Origin: Candidatus Magasanikbacteria bacterium GW2011_GWA2_56_11
GTDB lineage: Bacteria > Patescibacteriota > Patescibacteriia > Magasanikbacterales > UBA922
Assembly (NCBI GenBank): GCA_001004885.1
Contig: LCRX01000003.1
Span: 1,650 to 65,649, forward strand
Direction: 5' to 3'
DNA length: 64,000 bases
A program made the position numbers and the translations under genes. Below, one piece after another: positions 61,784 through 64,000 of the stretch (its first letter is position 1; every line of letters starts with the position of its first letter). Under the pieces are notes generated by a model that made no database searches, had not been told where the DNA came from, and saw only the letters and a list, made by a program, of their open reading frames with translations.

Positions 61784-61901
61784 ACTTCCAGAGCACGACC
61801 ACCCCGCCGGAGTAGTTCTCGTTCGCGTCGAGGTTCCTGTTGTCGAAGTCGAGCTTCGCGTCGTTCGGGTTGAAGTACAGCGAGTTCTCGGGGTCCTGCC
61901 A
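61784..61901 (-). repeat. DGR template repeat (TR)
   Basis: 118 bp, AAC/GAC-rich; differs from 62318-62435 only at adenines. Confidence 0.97.
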
Positions 61902-62187
61902 AAATGCGCTCTTTTCCGTCCGTAATCACCGAAGACAGAGCTTCTCCACTACAAGCCGCTCCATCTCCTGAATTTTATGCGGTTCCAGGATGAACCAAAG
62001 AAAAAAACACGCAGTGCCTATATCTTTCGTATACCCTCCGGCGATGTGAGAAAAGCAACCATTCACCTCCAGACTCCGATACGTTTCCAAAGATATATAA
62101 TTTCGGCGACGATAATCCTTATTCAGAACTATCGTGCATGAGCCTACTTTCGGTTGAGAAGTATACCAGTTTTGTATAAAAACACGA

Positions 62188-62236
62188 AGGCGGGCCATGG
62201 CTCGAAGCGTCGAAACGCTGCGCCGATGGCCCGCCT
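62188..62236 (-). terminator. GC-rich hairpin downstream of the target gene
   Basis: aggcgggccat/atggcccgcct stem with inner agcgt-ttcg-acgct, followed by tcgtgttttt. Confidence 0.6.
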
Positions 62237-62312
62237 GAAATGGTGGGTGTCCAAGGGACCAAGTGACCAAGGGTCCTTGATCCAAGGGACAAGTGAGACA
62301 AGAGAACGAGGG

Positions 62313-63242
62313 CTAGGACTGCCAGAGCACGACCACCCCGCCGGAGCAGAGCCCGTGCGCGACGAGGTTCCCGATGCCGAAGCCGAGCTTCGCGTCGCCC
62401 GGGCAGAAGAACAGCGAGCGCCCGGGGCCCCGCCACAGGTTCGCGGGGCAGTCGAGGGCGGGCGTCATGCCGTCGCGGCCGAGGACCTCGGAGTAGCCGA
62501 TGAAGCCCATGGCCGGCTCGAAGGCACCGGTCAGGAGGACGTCGTTCGGGAACTGCTGGACCATCGTGCGGTCCGCGAGAATGCCGAAGCCCTGGAGGCA
62601 GGTGGGGAAGTAGACACCGACCGTCGGGCCCTGCCGCATCGCCTCGATGAGGCACTCGTGCCGGGTGCCGGAGACGACCGTGACCTGCCCCGCGAGCGTG
62701 CCCCGGCGCCAGTTCTCGAAGGTGCGCTCGGGGAACGCCTCGGCGTAGGCCAGGCCGACGGCCGCGAGGAACATGTCCTCGAGGACGGCGCCGTAGTCCA
62801 CGACCTCGCAGTGCGGGAAGCAGACCGGGAGGTAGGTGCCCTGGAGGAGGTTCGCGATCTGCCGGTCGCTCTTCACCCGCTCGATGACCGCGAGGCCCCG
62901 CTCACGGAACTGGTCGGCCGTGACGAAGGTCTGTCCGGGCATGTGCCGCGTGAACCGGGCGTGCACCGCCGCGTAGTCGACCGTGGGCTGCGCGAGGTGG
63001 TAGCCCCGGTCGGCGTCGACGATCTCCTCGGTCATGCCGGGCAGCGGGATCCAGCGGCCGTTCCGGTCGACGAGCTTGACCGTGGTGTCCTGGACGACGA
63101 TCTTGAGCTCTCCGGAGAGCACGCCCTGGAGGATCGTCTCCACCTGGGACTCATCGCCGGTGAGACCGCGGGCCACCTTGCGGATGATCGCGGACTTCTG
63201 ACCGTCGCTGAGACCGGACACCACCTCTTCAAACGTCTTCAT
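62313..63242 (-). CDS. DGR target protein (309 aa, C-terminal variable region)
   Basis: SD aggag; VR encodes WRGPGRSLFFCPGDAKLGFGIGNLVAHGLCSGGVVVLWQ. Confidence 0.92.
   Translation of the reverse strand: MKTFEEVVSGLSDGQKSAIIRKVARGLTGDESQVETILQGVLSGELKIVVQDTTVKLVDRNGRWIPLPGMTEEIVDADRGYHLAQPTVDYAAVHARFTRHMPGQTFVTADQFRERGLAVIERVKSDRQIANLLQGTYLPVCFPHCEVVDYGAVLEDMFLAAVGLAYAEAFPERTFENWRRGTLAGQVTVVSGTRHECLIEAMRQGPTVGVYFPTCLQGFGILADRTMVQQFPNDVLLTGAFEPAMGFIGYSEVLGRDGMTPALDCPANLWRGPGRSLFFCPGDAKLGFGIGNLVAHGLCSGGVVVLWQS
62318..62435 (-). repeat. DGR variable repeat (VR) at the 3' end of the target gene
   Basis: 21 substitutions versus TR, all at TR adenines. Confidence 0.97.
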
Positions 63243-63414
63243 GGGACTCCTTTCAGGCTTGTTATCACCCGAAGAGCTGCCCTTACCCGGGGCCCAGGGC
63301 CTCCTCTATCCCTCGATGAGGAAAGCTTTCGCCTTATTACTAGCTAGTACGGCTAAAGCTTTCCTCATCTTTTTCTCTTGTTTTAGCCTAATTTGTGCAA
63401 AGAACGAATATAAA

Positions 63415-63443
63415 ACTATAGCATATTTTAGCGATTTTGTCAA
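63415..63443 (-). promoter_or_regulatory. Promoter of the DGR target gene
   Basis: TTGACA, 17-bp spacer, TATAGT with TG extension; leader contains a 15-bp stem at 63315-63369. Confidence 0.7.
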
Positions 63444-63601
63444 GGGTATAAATTCAGAAACAGTACCACCCCACGGTTGGTACCACTCCAATTCCGGCGC
63501 TACCGTTAGCGAAAAATCCAAAAATTTACCGCCTTCAGATAGCAAATCAGCCCGGCTTTGGCCGGGCTGATCGCATAGAAATCTAATTTAACGCGCCAGA
63601 A

Positions 63602-64000
63602 CTATTCAATTCGCACCTCATCCAAGTAGAACGTCCCCTCGTTCGCCCCGGTATTACCCTGGATGGCAAACCCGGTAATCGTACCCCCGGCCGCGCCGAT
63701 ATCCGCGAGCGGAATAGAGACCGTCTGCCACTGACCGGCCTTCAATACGCCGTCCGGCAGATACGGGGCCAGCTTGTAGTGATTCGGCCCGGCGCCGGTT
63801 GCGTCGAACGGCACAATCTGGAGCTGCTGCCCGGCGGGCACGGTGCCGTAGAGGGTCATGGTAAGCGTCGTCCGGCCGGTGGTGTCGAGCCCTGGATGAT
63901 GGAGGAAATAACCGGCCCAGGGGCTTAGAAACTCGACCGCCAGAGCTTGCGTGCCCTGGTACACCGGGGTAGTCGTCGCGGACGCGTTTATCTCCCACGA
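63602..64000 (-). CDS. C-terminal carbohydrate-binding-like beta-sandwich of a protein starting beyond the window
   Basis: WQTVSIPLADIG...ITGF.IQ......FYLDEVRI pattern. Confidence 0.7.
   Translation of the reverse strand, partial: SWEINASATTTPVYQGTQALAVEFLSPWAGYFLHHPGLDTTGRTTLTMTLYGTVPAGQQLQIVPFDATGAGPNHYKLAPYLPDGVLKAGQWQTVSIPLADIGAAGGTITGFAIQGNTGANEGTFYLDEVRIE

Larger units (their letters stand above)
60419..63443. mobile_element. Diversity-generating retroelement (target/VR, TR, avd, RT)
   Basis: All four components within 3 kb. Confidence 0.95.

Noticed and set aside
61394-61788. Invertible avd segment bounded by gaagtgcc/ggcacttc
   Set aside because: Only 8 bp, could be chance, and no intact invertase in the window; kept only as a possible RNA pairing
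61926-62285. 119-aa minus-strand ORF upstream of TR
   Set aside because: Spans repeats and hairpins and has no motifs; more likely non-coding leader
62251-62305. CRISPR array
   Set aside because: Units are about 8 bp with no spacers; no CRISPR array or cas gene seen in the window

Overview
Chromosomal window from a bacterium that looks like a Patescibacteria/CPR (Parcubacteria-like) lineage. That is inferred from the solitary 23S rRNA with insertions, rpoBC detached from rplKAJL, a free-standing LAGLIDADG gene at a tRNA, and mostly SD-less starts; genetic code 11. Bases 1-24 kb hold housekeeping genes: the 5' part of 23S rRNA, rlmH, tRNA-Leu, pnp, rpsO, ruvC, yebC, truB, rpoC, rpoB, ftsK and recA. 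Bases 24-55 kb hold envelope, transport, metal/redox and SAH-recycling genes, two tRNA-Ser genes and a decayed serine-recombinase remnant. Bases 55-60 kb hold six tandem ABC-2 permease paralogues with no ATPase. The standout is a diversity-generating retroelement (DGR) at 60.4-63.4 kb. Its template repeat (61784-61901) and variable repeat (62318-62435) differ at 21 of 118 positions, all of them template adenines. Its architecture is unusual: avd is antisense and sits between TR and RT; a C10 tract puts the avd ATG out of frame (candidate phase-variable switch); and the RT has a deletion/frameshift just after YADD. Several non-coding palindromic elements are also present, including two dispersed copies with a conserved core and covarying stems.
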